A stretch of 64,000 nt of DNA, from IMG/VR virus record IMGVR_UViG_3300010938_000951, positions 1 through 64,000 of that record; one strand, given 5' to 3'. The translations under genes and the position numbers were made by a program. Positions 20,476 through 29,817 of the stretch are shown in pieces. Below the pieces are notes generated by a model. The model ran no database searches and had not been told where the DNA came from. It worked only from the letters and a program-made list of their open reading frames with translations. Every line of letters starts with the position of its first letter. Position 1 is the stretch's first letter.

Positions 20476-20510
20476 TCCATACTCTACATCGACTTTTGAA
20501 AGTTTAATAA

Positions 20511-21050
20511 ATGACTACATTACCCGAAACTGTTTTTGTAAAAGACTCTCATTGTTCATATTGTGGTACTAAATTTACCGAACAAAAAGAATGGCCACGA
20601 AAATGTTTTCGTTGTTGGAATGAGAGTTATAAGAACCCAATTCCTATTGTTGTAATGTTAGTTAGAGTTTTCAAGCGAGGGGTTGGTGCCCAATGTGGTT
20701 GGCTTATTCAACAGCGTAATATCCCGCCTGAGAAAGATGGTTGGGCGTTTCCTAGTGGGTATGTAGATTTCGGAGAGACGTGGCAACAAGCTGCTGCTAG
20801 AGAACTTCAAGAAGAAGTTGGTTTAGTTACTGAGCCACAGGATTTTGAAATAATTCGTATTATAAACTCCACTCAGGGGAATATGCTTTTATTCTGTGCC
20901 CATAAGCGCGGGGTTTATGAAGATGAGATTAAGTTTTCTCCTAATGAAGAGGTTAGTGCTGTTCAGTTCCCAGTTCTTCCAGAACATTTGGAATTATGCT
21001 TTCCATCGCATAATGAAGTTTGGCGAGATTATTACTACGATATCGATTGA
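20511..21050 (+). CDS. NUDIX hydrolase with N-terminal zinc ribbon
   Basis: CSYCG...CFRC; PSGYVDFGETWQQAAARELQEEVG. Confidence 0.9.
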   Translation: MTTLPETVFVKDSHCSYCGTKFTEQKEWPRKCFRCWNESYKNPIPIVVMLVRVFKRGVGAQCGWLIQQRNIPPEKDGWAFPSGYVDFGETWQQAAARELQEEVGLVTEPQDFEIIRIINSTQGNMLLFCAHKRGVYEDEIKFSPNEEVSAVQFPVLPEHLELCFPSHNEVWRDYYYDID

Positions 21051-21102
21051 AACGGGGCCGTCCTGGCTCCAGGCGACTGTATAAATAAGGATTGAGAAGC
21101 CC

Positions 21103-21498
21103 ATGCCACCTCGCCCTGTACCCGACCCCTTCTATCTAATAAAAGACATGCCTCCCATTCACATCACACTTAACCAGTGTGAACGACAGTTTATATTTAC
21201 GCTTGTCAAGCCGAGGGCCGGCGCCCTACCAGGGCCAGTTTTCGAGGTTCATATGCTACATTATCATCATTGCCCTACATGTTATGAGCATTGGAAATGT
21301 GAATTAGATTGTACTATTGAGCCCGATTTAGAAGATAATGGCAAAGAATTCGGCGCACATTGTACTTGTCCAGAATGTGATAAGATGATTGATCATGAAC
21401 TTATTTTCTATTCTAATGATAATAAGAAGTACAATACCAAGGAATTCTGGGACGTATATAATGGATTTGTAAAGGTAAGAAAAAATGTCTTGGTCTGA
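21103..21498 (+). CDS. Cys-rich hypothetical protein (start uncertain)
   Basis: CPTC, CTCPEC. Confidence 0.5.
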   Translation: MPPRPVPDPFYLIKDMPPIHITLNQCERQFIFTLVKPRAGALPGPVFEVHMLHYHHCPTCYEHWKCELDCTIEPDLEDNGKEFGAHCTCPECDKMIDHELIFYSNDNKKYNTKEFWDVYNGFVKVRKNVLV

Positions 21499-22609
21499 TA
21501 AGCTCAAAGAAGCTGGTGTTAATATCCACATAATTGCGACTGGTGGAGGAGCTGGTGTGCAGAAATTACTTTGGCAAGTTCCCGGTAGTTCTGCCTATTT
21601 ATCAGGCTCTAGTTTTCCTTACGCTGCTGAAGAGCAAGAAGAACTTTTAGGGTTCATGCCAGAACATTTCTGTAGTGAGGAAGCTTCTGTTGACTTAGCT
21701 ATGGCAGCTTATATGAAGGCTTATAAGTTTGGTGGTAAAAAACCTGTCGGTGTTGGTTTAACTGCCTCAGTAGCATCTGAAAAAATTCACCGTGGTGACC
21801 ATCGCATTTTTGCAACTATCATCACTGAAGATAAAGTGCGAACCGCTCACTTCGTTTTAGAGAAAGGTGCGGGAGAAGCAGCACGTCATTATGATGGAGA
21901 GATGTGCGATGATTTGGCCTGGTTCCTTTTGATTGATTCATTGGCTGTTAGTGAAACAGAATTCACCCACCCAGATCATCCTTATAGCTATAAGGATAAT
22001 ACAGCTTTGGCTAAAGAGCGTTTCTTTTTGAGGCCATTCTTTGCGGCCAATGGTAAACGTTTAGAGACTATACCTACCAACAGGCACTTAGCGATTATGC
22101 CGGGAGCTTACAATCCCCCTCATGAGGGTCATTTTGGTACAGCTCAGAGCGTTATGGATGAGTATGGTCGTACTGTTGTATTTGAAGTTACTGCTGAACC
22201 ACCTCATAAAGAGGCTCTCACGGTTCAACAATTGCTACAACGAGCCAAATTACTTCAGGGCCATGACCGATTTTTTACTCGTAAAGAGCCGATGTATTTG
22301 GATAAAGCTAGACGGTTCCCTGGAGTTCCTCTAGTTTTAGGGGCTGATGCTATGGTGCGCATGCTTGACCCTAAGTGGGGCATTAAGTCAGTTGATCTTT
22401 TCAAAGGATTTATTGATTTGAATACTAAATTGCTAGTAGCTGGTCGTGTGGTGGGCGATAAATTTATGACTTGTGAAGATATTCAAGATAGCTTATTACC
22501 TCGTAATGGTGGTGATAGGGGCGTCTGGATTTTAGCCAGTAATGTTTTACTTCCTTTAGAAGGAAGGTGGGACGTTTCTTCTACTGAACTAAGAAACAAA
22601 GTGGTATAA
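21485..22609 (+). CDS. CinA-like domain fused to HxGH nucleotidyltransferase (NMNAT-like)
   Basis: TGGGAG...PGSSAY N-domain; PGAYNPPHEGH, LGADA, VSSTELR. Confidence 0.75.
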   Translation: MSWSDKLKEAGVNIHIIATGGGAGVQKLLWQVPGSSAYLSGSSFPYAAEEQEELLGFMPEHFCSEEASVDLAMAAYMKAYKFGGKKPVGVGLTASVASEKIHRGDHRIFATIITEDKVRTAHFVLEKGAGEAARHYDGEMCDDLAWFLLIDSLAVSETEFTHPDHPYSYKDNTALAKERFFLRPFFAANGKRLETIPTNRHLAIMPGAYNPPHEGHFGTAQSVMDEYGRTVVFEVTAEPPHKEALTVQQLLQRAKLLQGHDRFFTRKEPMYLDKARRFPGVPLVLGADAMVRMLDPKWGIKSVDLFKGFIDLNTKLLVAGRVVGDKFMTCEDIQDSLLPRNGGDRGVWILASNVLLPLEGRWDVSSTELRNKVV

Positions 22610-22616
22610 AGTAAAT

Positions 22617-22734
22617 GGAGCGGTGGCGGAATGGCGTACGCGGGTGCGAGAGGGAAGTGCATTTCCCTCAAACACCTATTCCAAACTGATGCTACCAGTA
22701 GGAATTGCACGTTCAACTCGTGCCCGCTCCACCA
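22617..22734 (+). ncRNA. tRNA-like RNA with enlarged anticodon and variable arms
   Basis: GGAGCGG/CCGCTCC-ACCA acceptor, D arm, T arm GCACG-TTCAACT-CGTGC; 118 nt. Confidence 0.8.
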
Positions 22735-22746
22735 AAAGGTATTGAA

Positions 22747-23130
22747 ATGTACAGTGTAATTCGTCGTTCACACGAGCGCTACGGCTCCGTTATCCACATA
22801 GAACGAGCAGAGAATGGGAGGCTGACTACGCCATTTCAAGCAGTTAACGCCGCTATGAAAGAACGGCGCTTATGGATGGAAGCCGGTACTAAAAAAGTTA
22901 GAATTCTGGTAGATGATAAGGTAATGAGTCCCAAGCAAGCTGATCACTGGGCTCGTGAAGAGTATAGCTCTTTACCCAAATGTGAAGGTTGTGCTAAAAT
23001 TCTTGATGGGAATATTCATACCCACCAACTTTCTGGTACTAAATTTTTCTGTTCAGCTCTCTGTGCTGACAGAGATTATCTAGAAGAAATAGAGAAACAA
23101 AAAGATGAAGAAGAAATCGACTACCTCTGA
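22747..23130 (+). CDS. hypothetical protein with C-terminal zinc finger
   Basis: CEGC...FFCSALC. Confidence 0.6.
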   Translation: MYSVIRRSHERYGSVIHIERAENGRLTTPFQAVNAAMKERRLWMEAGTKKVRILVDDKVMSPKQADHWAREEYSSLPKCEGCAKILDGNIHTHQLSGTKFFCSALCADRDYLEEIEKQKDEEEIDYL

Positions 23131-23419
23131 TCTTCCTACAGTAGGAATGGGGGCCACTATTCATGTGGGTTCAGATTCTTATCCAGCAACTGTGATTCAA
23201 GTTACCAGAAATGGAAAGAGGGTTGTGATTCAAGAGGATATTGCAATTCGTATTGATAATAATGGGATGTCTGAATCTCAAGAATATACATACGAACCTA
23301 ATCCTCAAGGTACAATTCATATTGTTACTTTACGTAAAGATGGTCGATATCGTGAGAGCGGTACTACTACGCCAGTTTCCATTGGTTTTCGTAGGAAATA
23401 CTACGATTTTTCGTTCTAA
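23105..23419 (+). CDS. conserved phage protein
   Basis: PTVGMGAT..GSDSYP...YYDFSF. Confidence 0.6.
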   Translation: MKKKSTTSDLPTVGMGATIHVGSDSYPATVIQVTRNGKRVVIQEDIAIRIDNNGMSESQEYTYEPNPQGTIHIVTLRKDGRYRESGTTTPVSIGFRRKYYDFSF

Positions 23420-23440
23420 ACAAATGGGTGGAGATATATA

Positions 23441-23689
23441 ATGATTGTGTATAAAAACTATCAAGTCTTTACGATTCTGGGTGAAGAAGTAAATATCATT
23501 TCAGATGAAACAGAACATGGTAGGAACACAGTTGTAGAGATTAATAAAATCTTCCATCATATGGGTGATGAGTTTCCTGGTGTTGCCGCAGCAATCTATG
23601 CCTGGCAAGAAGTTAATGGTCGCGACCTAACGAACGAGGAGCTTCATCAAATTCTAGAAGATAATAAATTACTCTCTAAAGCTATCTAA
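23441..23689 (+). CDS. hypothetical protein
   Basis: GGAG RBS. Confidence 0.6.
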   Translation: MIVYKNYQVFTILGEEVNIISDETEHGRNTVVEINKIFHHMGDEFPGVAAAIYAWQEVNGRDLTNEELHQILEDNKLLSKAI

Positions 23690-23706
23690 ACGTTTAGGAG
23701 AATAAG

Positions 23707-23940
23707 ATGCCAGCTAAGAAAGCAACAGCTAAAAAGGCCGTTAAAAAGCCAGCAAAGAAGCCAGTTAAGAAAATGGCAACTAAGAAGCCAGCAAAGGCAG
23801 CTAAGAAGCCAGCAAAGAAAGTAACAGCCCGCAAACCAAAGAAGGTTGCAGAGCCGGCCACAGATGTGGTTGTATCTCCGGTTGTGGATCCATCAGGTGT
23901 TGTCACCGTGGCGCCCGTAGCTAGTGATATGTTGAATTAA
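23707..23940 (+). CDS. histone H1-like Lys/Ala/Pro-rich protein
   Basis: KKPAKK repeats; AGGAG RBS. Confidence 0.7.
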   Translation: MPAKKATAKKAVKKPAKKPVKKMATKKPAKAAKKPAKKVTARKPKKVAEPATDVVVSPVVDPSGVVTVAPVASDMLN

Positions 23941-23965
23941 TTTCAAAACTTAAATGTATTAATTT

Positions 23966-23998
23966 AATGCCTGGGTAATTACTCGGGCATTTTCTTTT
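23966..23998 (+). terminator. intrinsic terminator
   Basis: AATGCCTGGGT/ACTCGGGCATT plus T run. Confidence 0.7.
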
Positions 23999-24008
23999 GG
24001 AAGATATT

Positions 24009-24623
24009 ATGTTTGTACTATCATTGTGCAGGCATTTCTGCCCAGATAAGATTCCTTATCAACCTGATATTAGACTCGGTGAAGGTGCTGATGGAGAAGT
24101 ATTTTCCATCATTAATGATGATGCTAAAGTTATTAAGCTTGGCATTAAATATGAACACCATGATGAAGATGTAGATAAAGAATATCATCGTATTCAGGAT
24201 GGTCTCCAGTACTTTATCGATAAGCAACCAAGCGTGTATGCGCGCGTGTATGAACAAGGTTACTTGGGAACTTTTTCGAGAAAGATTGGTTCGTTCCGTG
24301 GTGGAGAACAGAAATTTATTATCTATTACTACACGATGGAAAAACTAGAAAAAATTACAGAGGACGAGAAGAAAGTATTTCATAGTATTATTTCACACGA
24401 AGATCGCGGAATTGAAAAGAATTTTTCTCCAAGCAAAGTTCGCGAAATGTTGCAGGGTATGAGCCGAGGGCTTGACTTTGATTTAGAAAAGGTTATGTTT
24501 TTCTGCGAAAATATCAAATCGGCATCTGTCTCGCACCTCGACATACACGTCCGAAACATTATGAAAAATGGTTCGGGTGATTTTAAATTGATCGATTTAG
24601 ATCGTATTAAATTGGAGAAATAA
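24009..24623 (+). CDS. protein kinase-like fold protein
   Basis: LGEGADGEV, VIK, HLDIHVRNIM, KLIDLD. Confidence 0.75.
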   Translation: MFVLSLCRHFCPDKIPYQPDIRLGEGADGEVFSIINDDAKVIKLGIKYEHHDEDVDKEYHRIQDGLQYFIDKQPSVYARVYEQGYLGTFSRKIGSFRGGEQKFIIYYYTMEKLEKITEDEKKVFHSIISHEDRGIEKNFSPSKVREMLQGMSRGLDFDLEKVMFFCENIKSASVSHLDIHVRNIMKNGSGDFKLIDLDRIKLEK

Positions 24624-24625
24624 TT

Positions 24626-24913
24626 ATGGCTAAGAATAAAGTTGATTTAACCGTTCTGAAAAGACTGGTTGCAGAATTGGAATCTACATTAAGTACCGCA
24701 GAAGGAATTCAAACTGATGTAGCTGCTGATAAAGTAGAGTTTGTTGTAGAAGCTAACAAAGCTACTGGTTTAGCGGCTGGTATTATGATGGAGGCTGGAC
24801 TGTTAATGGGTGATATTCAGAACCTACTTCAAGGTGCGAGTGCCCCATCAGTCAAGTCAGATTTTCTAGAAAAACTACTCGGTGGTTTGAAGGGGCCAGG
24901 CTCGTCTAATTAA
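24626..24913 (+). CDS. hypothetical protein
   Basis: GGAG RBS. Confidence 0.6.
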   Translation: MAKNKVDLTVLKRLVAELESTLSTAEGIQTDVAADKVEFVVEANKATGLAAGIMMEAGLLMGDIQNLLQGASAPSVKSDFLEKLLGGLKGPGSSN

Positions 24914-24999
24914 AAGAAATTAGACGCCCTTGCCACGTCAAAAATTCGTGTTTAATTTATAAAAGATTCCCGCTAAGAGGAAAATTAGGAGATTATAAA

Positions 25000-25290
25000 A
25001 TGTCTAATACTGTTCGTAATGAAATGAGCCGTCTTGCTCAACAGATTGAAAATCTTGCTCGTCAAGTGCAAGATAAGATTGCATCTGGCACAGACTATAA
25101 CGGTCTAATCACAACTGCCAATGAACTTGTTCGTAATAGCAGCGTGTTTGTTTTCACCTTTGGTGAAATGGCTGCTCTTGAAGAGACTGTTAAAAAGGTG
25201 AAGACTACTGTTGTTAGTAATCCTAACAACACTAAACCTCGTAACTATCACAACGTCCGTGACTCCTTGGGACGTTTCAGCCGAGTGTAA
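25000..25290 (+). CDS. hypothetical protein
   Basis: AGGAG RBS; ends RDSLGRF. Confidence 0.6.
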   Translation: MSNTVRNEMSRLAQQIENLARQVQDKIASGTDYNGLITTANELVRNSSVFVFTFGEMAALEETVKKVKTTVVSNPNNTKPRNYHNVRDSLGRFSRV

Positions 25291-25535
25291 TGCAAAACGA
25301 TAAGTTAACCGAAGCGTTAGCTGTGATTCCTGTCATCATAATGATGACTCTTATTGACGTTCTTATCGCCTCGATTGTATCCATTACATTCTTTTTACAT
25401 CTTGTGTTAGTGATGGAGATATCAAAAGGCGTTTCTTTGGGGATGGCTATTCTTGTGGCCATAGCTGTACTGGCGTATATTCGCTTTCAGCCAAACATGA
25501 GAAAATATATAGACACGAGGAGTCGTAAAGTATGA
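25290..25535 (+). CDS. small membrane protein
   Basis: hydrophobic; coupled start and stop. Confidence 0.5.
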   Translation: MQNDKLTEALAVIPVIIMMTLIDVLIASIVSITFFLHLVLVMEISKGVSLGMAILVAIAVLAYIRFQPNMRKYIDTRSRKV

Positions 25536-25966
25536 GTGTACCATTACATATTCAATCTTACTTAGATAGTAAAATCTCTATTTTTCAAGTTGTGGACGAA
25601 GTTCTTGATGCTTGGAATGGAGAAGGTTGCCTTCAGTTCCCAACCCTAATGGGAACTGTAAATGCCAAGATGGGCTGGACAGACAAAGAAGGTGAGAAAC
25701 TTTCTAGAGCTAATGAGCCTATCATCCGTGACTACGTTCGTAACCATCCTAACTGGTATGTTACGCGCGGTGCTCATGGTGGTATTATGAGGGCATCTGA
25801 TAAACAAAAGAAAGAAGAAGCAAAAGCGGCAAAAGAAAAAGCTAAAGCTGAATTGGCTGCCGCTATTGAGGCAGAAGTGGCCCGTAAGAAGGCTGAAGCT
25901 GCCGCTTCTCAGACAACTGCATCACCTGCAATTGTTACAGACAATACCAATATTGATTCCGAATAA
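25532..25966 (+). CDS. hypothetical protein (YVTRGxxGGI family)
   Basis: motif shared with 60542..60874. Confidence 0.6.
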   Translation: MSVPLHIQSYLDSKISIFQVVDEVLDAWNGEGCLQFPTLMGTVNAKMGWTDKEGEKLSRANEPIIRDYVRNHPNWYVTRGAHGGIMRASDKQKKEEAKAAKEKAKAELAAAIEAEVARKKAEAAASQTTASPAIVTDNTNIDSE

Positions 25967-25974
25967 TTCGGACA

Positions 25975-26006
25975 AAAGGTGGACCGGGTAATACTTGTCT
26001 ACCTTT
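25975..26006 (+). terminator. hairpin, putative terminator
   Basis: AAAGGTGGAC/GTCTACCTTT. Confidence 0.5.
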
Positions 26007-26023
26007 CCACAGTTAGGTAACTT

Positions 26024-26218
26024 ATGGCTACAGATTTATCACGTGAGGCTTTAGAAGCCTGGAAAGAATTTAAAAAGTTCTTAACAGTCAAAAATATTAT
26101 TGTAACAATAATTGTAGTTCTGGCACTTATAGTAGTGTGCTCTCCAAAATCATCGAACCCTCATGACGACTGTAGTGAAGATCATTGTCCAATGAGGTTG
26201 CATGATAATATCCGTTGA
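26024..26218 (+). CDS. small membrane protein
   Basis: single TM helix. Confidence 0.5.
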   Translation: MATDLSREALEAWKEFKKFLTVKNIIVTIIVVLALIVVCSPKSSNPHDDCSEDHCPMRLHDNIR

Positions 26219-26489
26219 TTATGATAATACTTATACTGCTGCCCCTCAATTATGGGACGCATTTATTACTATGGCCCTTGCTGCCGGTCATACAGTAATC
26301 TGTACTACTGCTCGCCCTGAAACTATGGGACAAGTAGTATTGGATTCTATTGGCAAGTTAGTGCCAGTTATATTTGCGGGTGGGGAGTGGAAAAGAGAAA
26401 TAACACTCAAACGCGGCTATAAAGTAGATGTTTGGATTGATGATATGCCTGAGTATATTGGACCTCAAACTATCATAGGTCATCGTTAA
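26202..26489 (+). CDS. small HAD-family protein
   Basis: SVDYDNT, CTTAR, WIDDMP. Confidence 0.75.
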   Translation: MIISVDYDNTYTAAPQLWDAFITMALAAGHTVICTTARPETMGQVVLDSIGKLVPVIFAGGEWKREITLKRGYKVDVWIDDMPEYIGPQTIIGHR

Positions 26490-27403
26490 TGGATAAAGTT
26501 CTTCTTATTGACGCGCACAATGCTATGTGGCGCGCTAGTATTGGCTTTGGCCCTAAGAAAGAACCCGCCCCCATAGCTTCAAGTCCTCAATCGGATACTG
26601 AAGATGGCTGGGAAATGGTGCCAGGTGATCCGGCCCCACCTATGCCAGAAAAGAAAAATACAGAAGAGTTTGTTCTCATTTTTAATTTCTTCCGTAATCT
26701 TCGACCAATCATTGAGTTATTCTCCCCTGACAAATGTTTTTTTGTTTTGGAGGGTCACCCTCAATTTAGATATGATTTGTTTGCCGATTACAAAGCAAAT
26801 CGTATTATTAAGCAGGCTAGCTCTAAAGAAAAATTGGATTCTTTTCTAAAGAATAAAGATGAGATTGTTAGAATCCTTCAATACTTTCCTGTTACCGTAG
26901 CACGAGCTGCTAACTATGAAGCAGACGATGTTATCGCCACTCTTTGCGATAATATGCGAGATGAGGAATTAACAATTCTGAGTAATGACTCAGATTATAT
27001 TCAACTCTTACAGCGCGGTTATCCTAATTGTAAGGTTTATAATCCTATCAAAAAAGTTTTTATGGAAGCCCCGCCTTATCCATATGTGGCATGGAAGTGT
27101 TTAAATGGCGATAAATCAGATAATATTCCAGCGCTTTTGAAACCAAAGAAAGCTTTAGATACTGTAAACAATCCTGAACTCTTTAAAAAGTTTATGGAAG
27201 TAGAAGAAAATCGTGCCAATTTTAATGTCAATCGTCAATTAATTGAATTTCGTTCAGTTCCTATGGAAGAAATTACTATCTATGAAGGAATTCGTAACTT
27301 CGATATAGTTAAACAAGAATTTGCTAGAATGGATTTTCAATCCATAATTAATGATAAATCCTGGGATAAATATACAAAAACATTTGACTGTTTGAGGTAC
27401 TGA
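26489..27403 (+). CDS. 5'-3' exonuclease / flap endonuclease (T4 RNase H-like)
   Basis: LLIDAHN, YKANR, EADDVIATL, SNDSDYIQL, GDKSDNIP. Confidence 0.9.
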   Translation: MDKVLLIDAHNAMWRASIGFGPKKEPAPIASSPQSDTEDGWEMVPGDPAPPMPEKKNTEEFVLIFNFFRNLRPIIELFSPDKCFFVLEGHPQFRYDLFADYKANRIIKQASSKEKLDSFLKNKDEIVRILQYFPVTVARAANYEADDVIATLCDNMRDEELTILSNDSDYIQLLQRGYPNCKVYNPIKKVFMEAPPYPYVAWKCLNGDKSDNIPALLKPKKALDTVNNPELFKKFMEVEENRANFNVNRQLIEFRSVPMEEITIYEGIRNFDIVKQEFARMDFQSIINDKSWDKYTKTFDCLRY

Positions 27404-27404
27404 A

Positions 27405-28286
27405 ATGGATCATAAAGCATTTAAGTCAGATATGACTTACGCTCTAAAGAAGATGACTAAAGAAGGTAAGACTATTACTTTTGAAGTCCTTTCAGATAAT
27501 CTCCAATTGGTTGATGGCAAGCTTACTTTACCTAGTGACAAGGTAGACGTATTAGAGGCTTTTGCTTTAGTCAAAGGATATCAATTGAGTCCAGTCAAAG
27601 AAGTATCAGATTGGGCCGCATCTGATGGTGCTAAATTTCATTTAGAATGGTATCATCACGAGGCATTTGGTATTCCTGTTGCAGACATTATTTCTGAGCA
27701 AGGGCAAATTGCCAAGTCCGATCTCTATGATTTTATGGATGGCCTAGAAAATGTGGCCGGCAACGACAAGACTGAGTTCTACAAGGTGGGAGCTTATCTT
27801 CGTGAGAAGTTTACTCCGATTGGTGTACGAACAGAAACTTTACAGAAAACTAAGTATCAAGACACAAAGGCGGTAGAAACTGTGCGCAAATTTATTGTTC
27901 ACAACAGAGTTATTCCTGGCGGATGTGCCGGCTCTAGCTGTACCAAGCCAGGGGTAAAGGGCCTTCCTTCCATTGTGGAAGTGGAATGTGAAGTGTTTAC
28001 TCCGCTCCTGTCGCCACCTGGTGAATTTGCAGCGCGCATTCTTAAGCCAGAATGGTTATGGGAACCGACTCGAACCCTACAGAATGGGGTTTTAGTTGAT
28101 GTAGATATGCCACCCGTCTATTGTAGCCATGCGGTATATGAAACTGTTGAAGCAGCAAGAGATGTTGCCCATCGACAAATTCGCAGTGGCCTGGAGTTTG
28201 AAGTTCGTAAGGGAAGGATTTCTTCTTTCACGGAAGAAGAATTCAAGTCCCGATGTGATCAAGTTCAAGAAGTTCATCTATCATGA
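27405..28286 (+). CDS. hypothetical protein
   Basis: 293-aa ORF in operon. Confidence 0.65.
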   Translation: MDHKAFKSDMTYALKKMTKEGKTITFEVLSDNLQLVDGKLTLPSDKVDVLEAFALVKGYQLSPVKEVSDWAASDGAKFHLEWYHHEAFGIPVADIISEQGQIAKSDLYDFMDGLENVAGNDKTEFYKVGAYLREKFTPIGVRTETLQKTKYQDTKAVETVRKFIVHNRVIPGGCAGSSCTKPGVKGLPSIVEVECEVFTPLLSPPGEFAARILKPEWLWEPTRTLQNGVLVDVDMPPVYCSHAVYETVEAARDVAHRQIRSGLEFEVRKGRISSFTEEEFKSRCDQVQEVHLS

Positions 28287-28864
28287 GAATCTTTATTGTT
28301 GGTTTACCAAAGAGTGGTCGAACGACCGTATCTAAAGCTGTAGCTGAAGCTCACAACTTTGAATACATTGACGCGATGTCATGGGTTCGATCCACCTTTC
28401 GTGAGCGCAAAGAGGACGAGCACCCCCAACAATATGAAGATGAGTATCATCACTATCTTACAAAAAGAATGATGGTGAATCCTTGGTTTATTAGTGATCA
28501 TGTCTATGAAATGATGAAGGTTAGTGGAAAGGATGAAGCTACCTTTATTATTGATGGGATTGCTTCTCCAAAGGATTTTACCACTTTGTTTGATTATCGG
28601 CAAGATATTGTAGTATTTCTTAATAGAACAGATCATGACCCAGAGTCGAGAGATCACGAATCAATTGGTGTTTCAGTTATTCGAGACTATTGTTTCTGGA
28701 TGTCGGCAGCCGGCGTATTAACTAGAGATCGATGGTTAGAATATAACTTTAAAATTCCCGGAGAAGACTCTGATCATATTAAGCCAATGGGTGCACAGAA
28801 TAGCGTATTCATTTGTCGTTCAATTAAGAAAGTAATTTCTCACTTATCAGATAGATTCAAATGA
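28283..28864 (+). CDS. P-loop nucleotide kinase-like protein
   Basis: GLPKSGRTT, FIIDG. Confidence 0.7.
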   Translation: MRIFIVGLPKSGRTTVSKAVAEAHNFEYIDAMSWVRSTFRERKEDEHPQQYEDEYHHYLTKRMMVNPWFISDHVYEMMKVSGKDEATFIIDGIASPKDFTTLFDYRQDIVVFLNRTDHDPESRDHESIGVSVIRDYCFWMSAAGVLTRDRWLEYNFKIPGEDSDHIKPMGAQNSVFICRSIKKVISHLSDRFK

Positions 28865-29817
28865 GTATTACCTTCATTGATTTGTTTGCTGGTGTTGGAG
28901 GATTCAGGGTTGCCCTTGAACAATTAGGGGCAACCTGTGTTTTTTCCTCTGAAATAGACAAGTATGCTTTACAAGTCTATAAAGCAAACTTTAATGAAGA
29001 TGCCTCTGGGGATATCACTAAAATAAAAGAAGAGGATATACCGGCGCATGATGTATTGTGCGCCGGATTTCCTTGCCAAGCTTTTTCTGATTTTGGCAAT
29101 CGAAAAGGGTTTGGCGATCCTAGAGGTACGCTTTTCTTTGAGATTGTTAGGGTTGCCAAGCATCATAAGCCCAAAATTGTACTACTAGAAAATGTGCAAG
29201 GATTAACTTGGCATGACGGTGGTAAAACGTTTAGAACCATTCTTGATAGTCTAGAACAAATAGGATACAAAGTATATTGGAAAGTTTTAGACGCTATCAT
29301 GTTTGATGTGCCACAGCAAAGGAAAAGAATTTTTATTGTTGGTGTACGCAATGACATCGATAAGGAATTCGTCTTTCCAGATGGCAAGTTAACTACTAGA
29401 ACAATGAAAGATATTATTGAAAGTAATGTCGATGCTAATCATTTTCTCGCAGAAGAACGATATGAAAAGGTTTTAAAACAAAAGGCTAATGGAAAATGTC
29501 AGTATAGTCATTTCGTTATTGGGCCTAATGATTATGCACACACTTTACTTACATCTAAATATGAGCACAATTTAGTTGTTGATCATACATCTCCAACGGG
29601 CAAATTCCATAATGTTAAAGCTAAAACGGCGAAAGCTGCTCGAATCAATAAGCAACATGTTCGCCGTTTAACTCCAAAGGAATATAGTAGGCTACAAGGA
29701 TTTCCAGATACGTTCCAAGTGCCAGTATCTAATAAGCAGGCTTATAGATTATTTGGTAATGCAGTAGCTGTTCCAGTAGTAGCCGCAGTATTTGAAGAGA
29801 TTAAAAAAGTATTATGA
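28861..29817 (+). CDS. DNA (cytosine-5)-methyltransferase
   Basis: DLFAGVGG, GFPCQAFS, LENV, QQRKRIF, RLQGFP, FGNAV. Confidence 0.95.
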   Translation: MSITFIDLFAGVGGFRVALEQLGATCVFSSEIDKYALQVYKANFNEDASGDITKIKEEDIPAHDVLCAGFPCQAFSDFGNRKGFGDPRGTLFFEIVRVAKHHKPKIVLLENVQGLTWHDGGKTFRTILDSLEQIGYKVYWKVLDAIMFDVPQQRKRIFIVGVRNDIDKEFVFPDGKLTTRTMKDIIESNVDANHFLAEERYEKVLKQKANGKCQYSHFVIGPNDYAHTLLTSKYEHNLVVDHTSPTGKFHNVKAKTAKAARINKQHVRRLTPKEYSRLQGFPDTFQVPVSNKQAYRLFGNAVAVPVVAAVFEEIKKVL

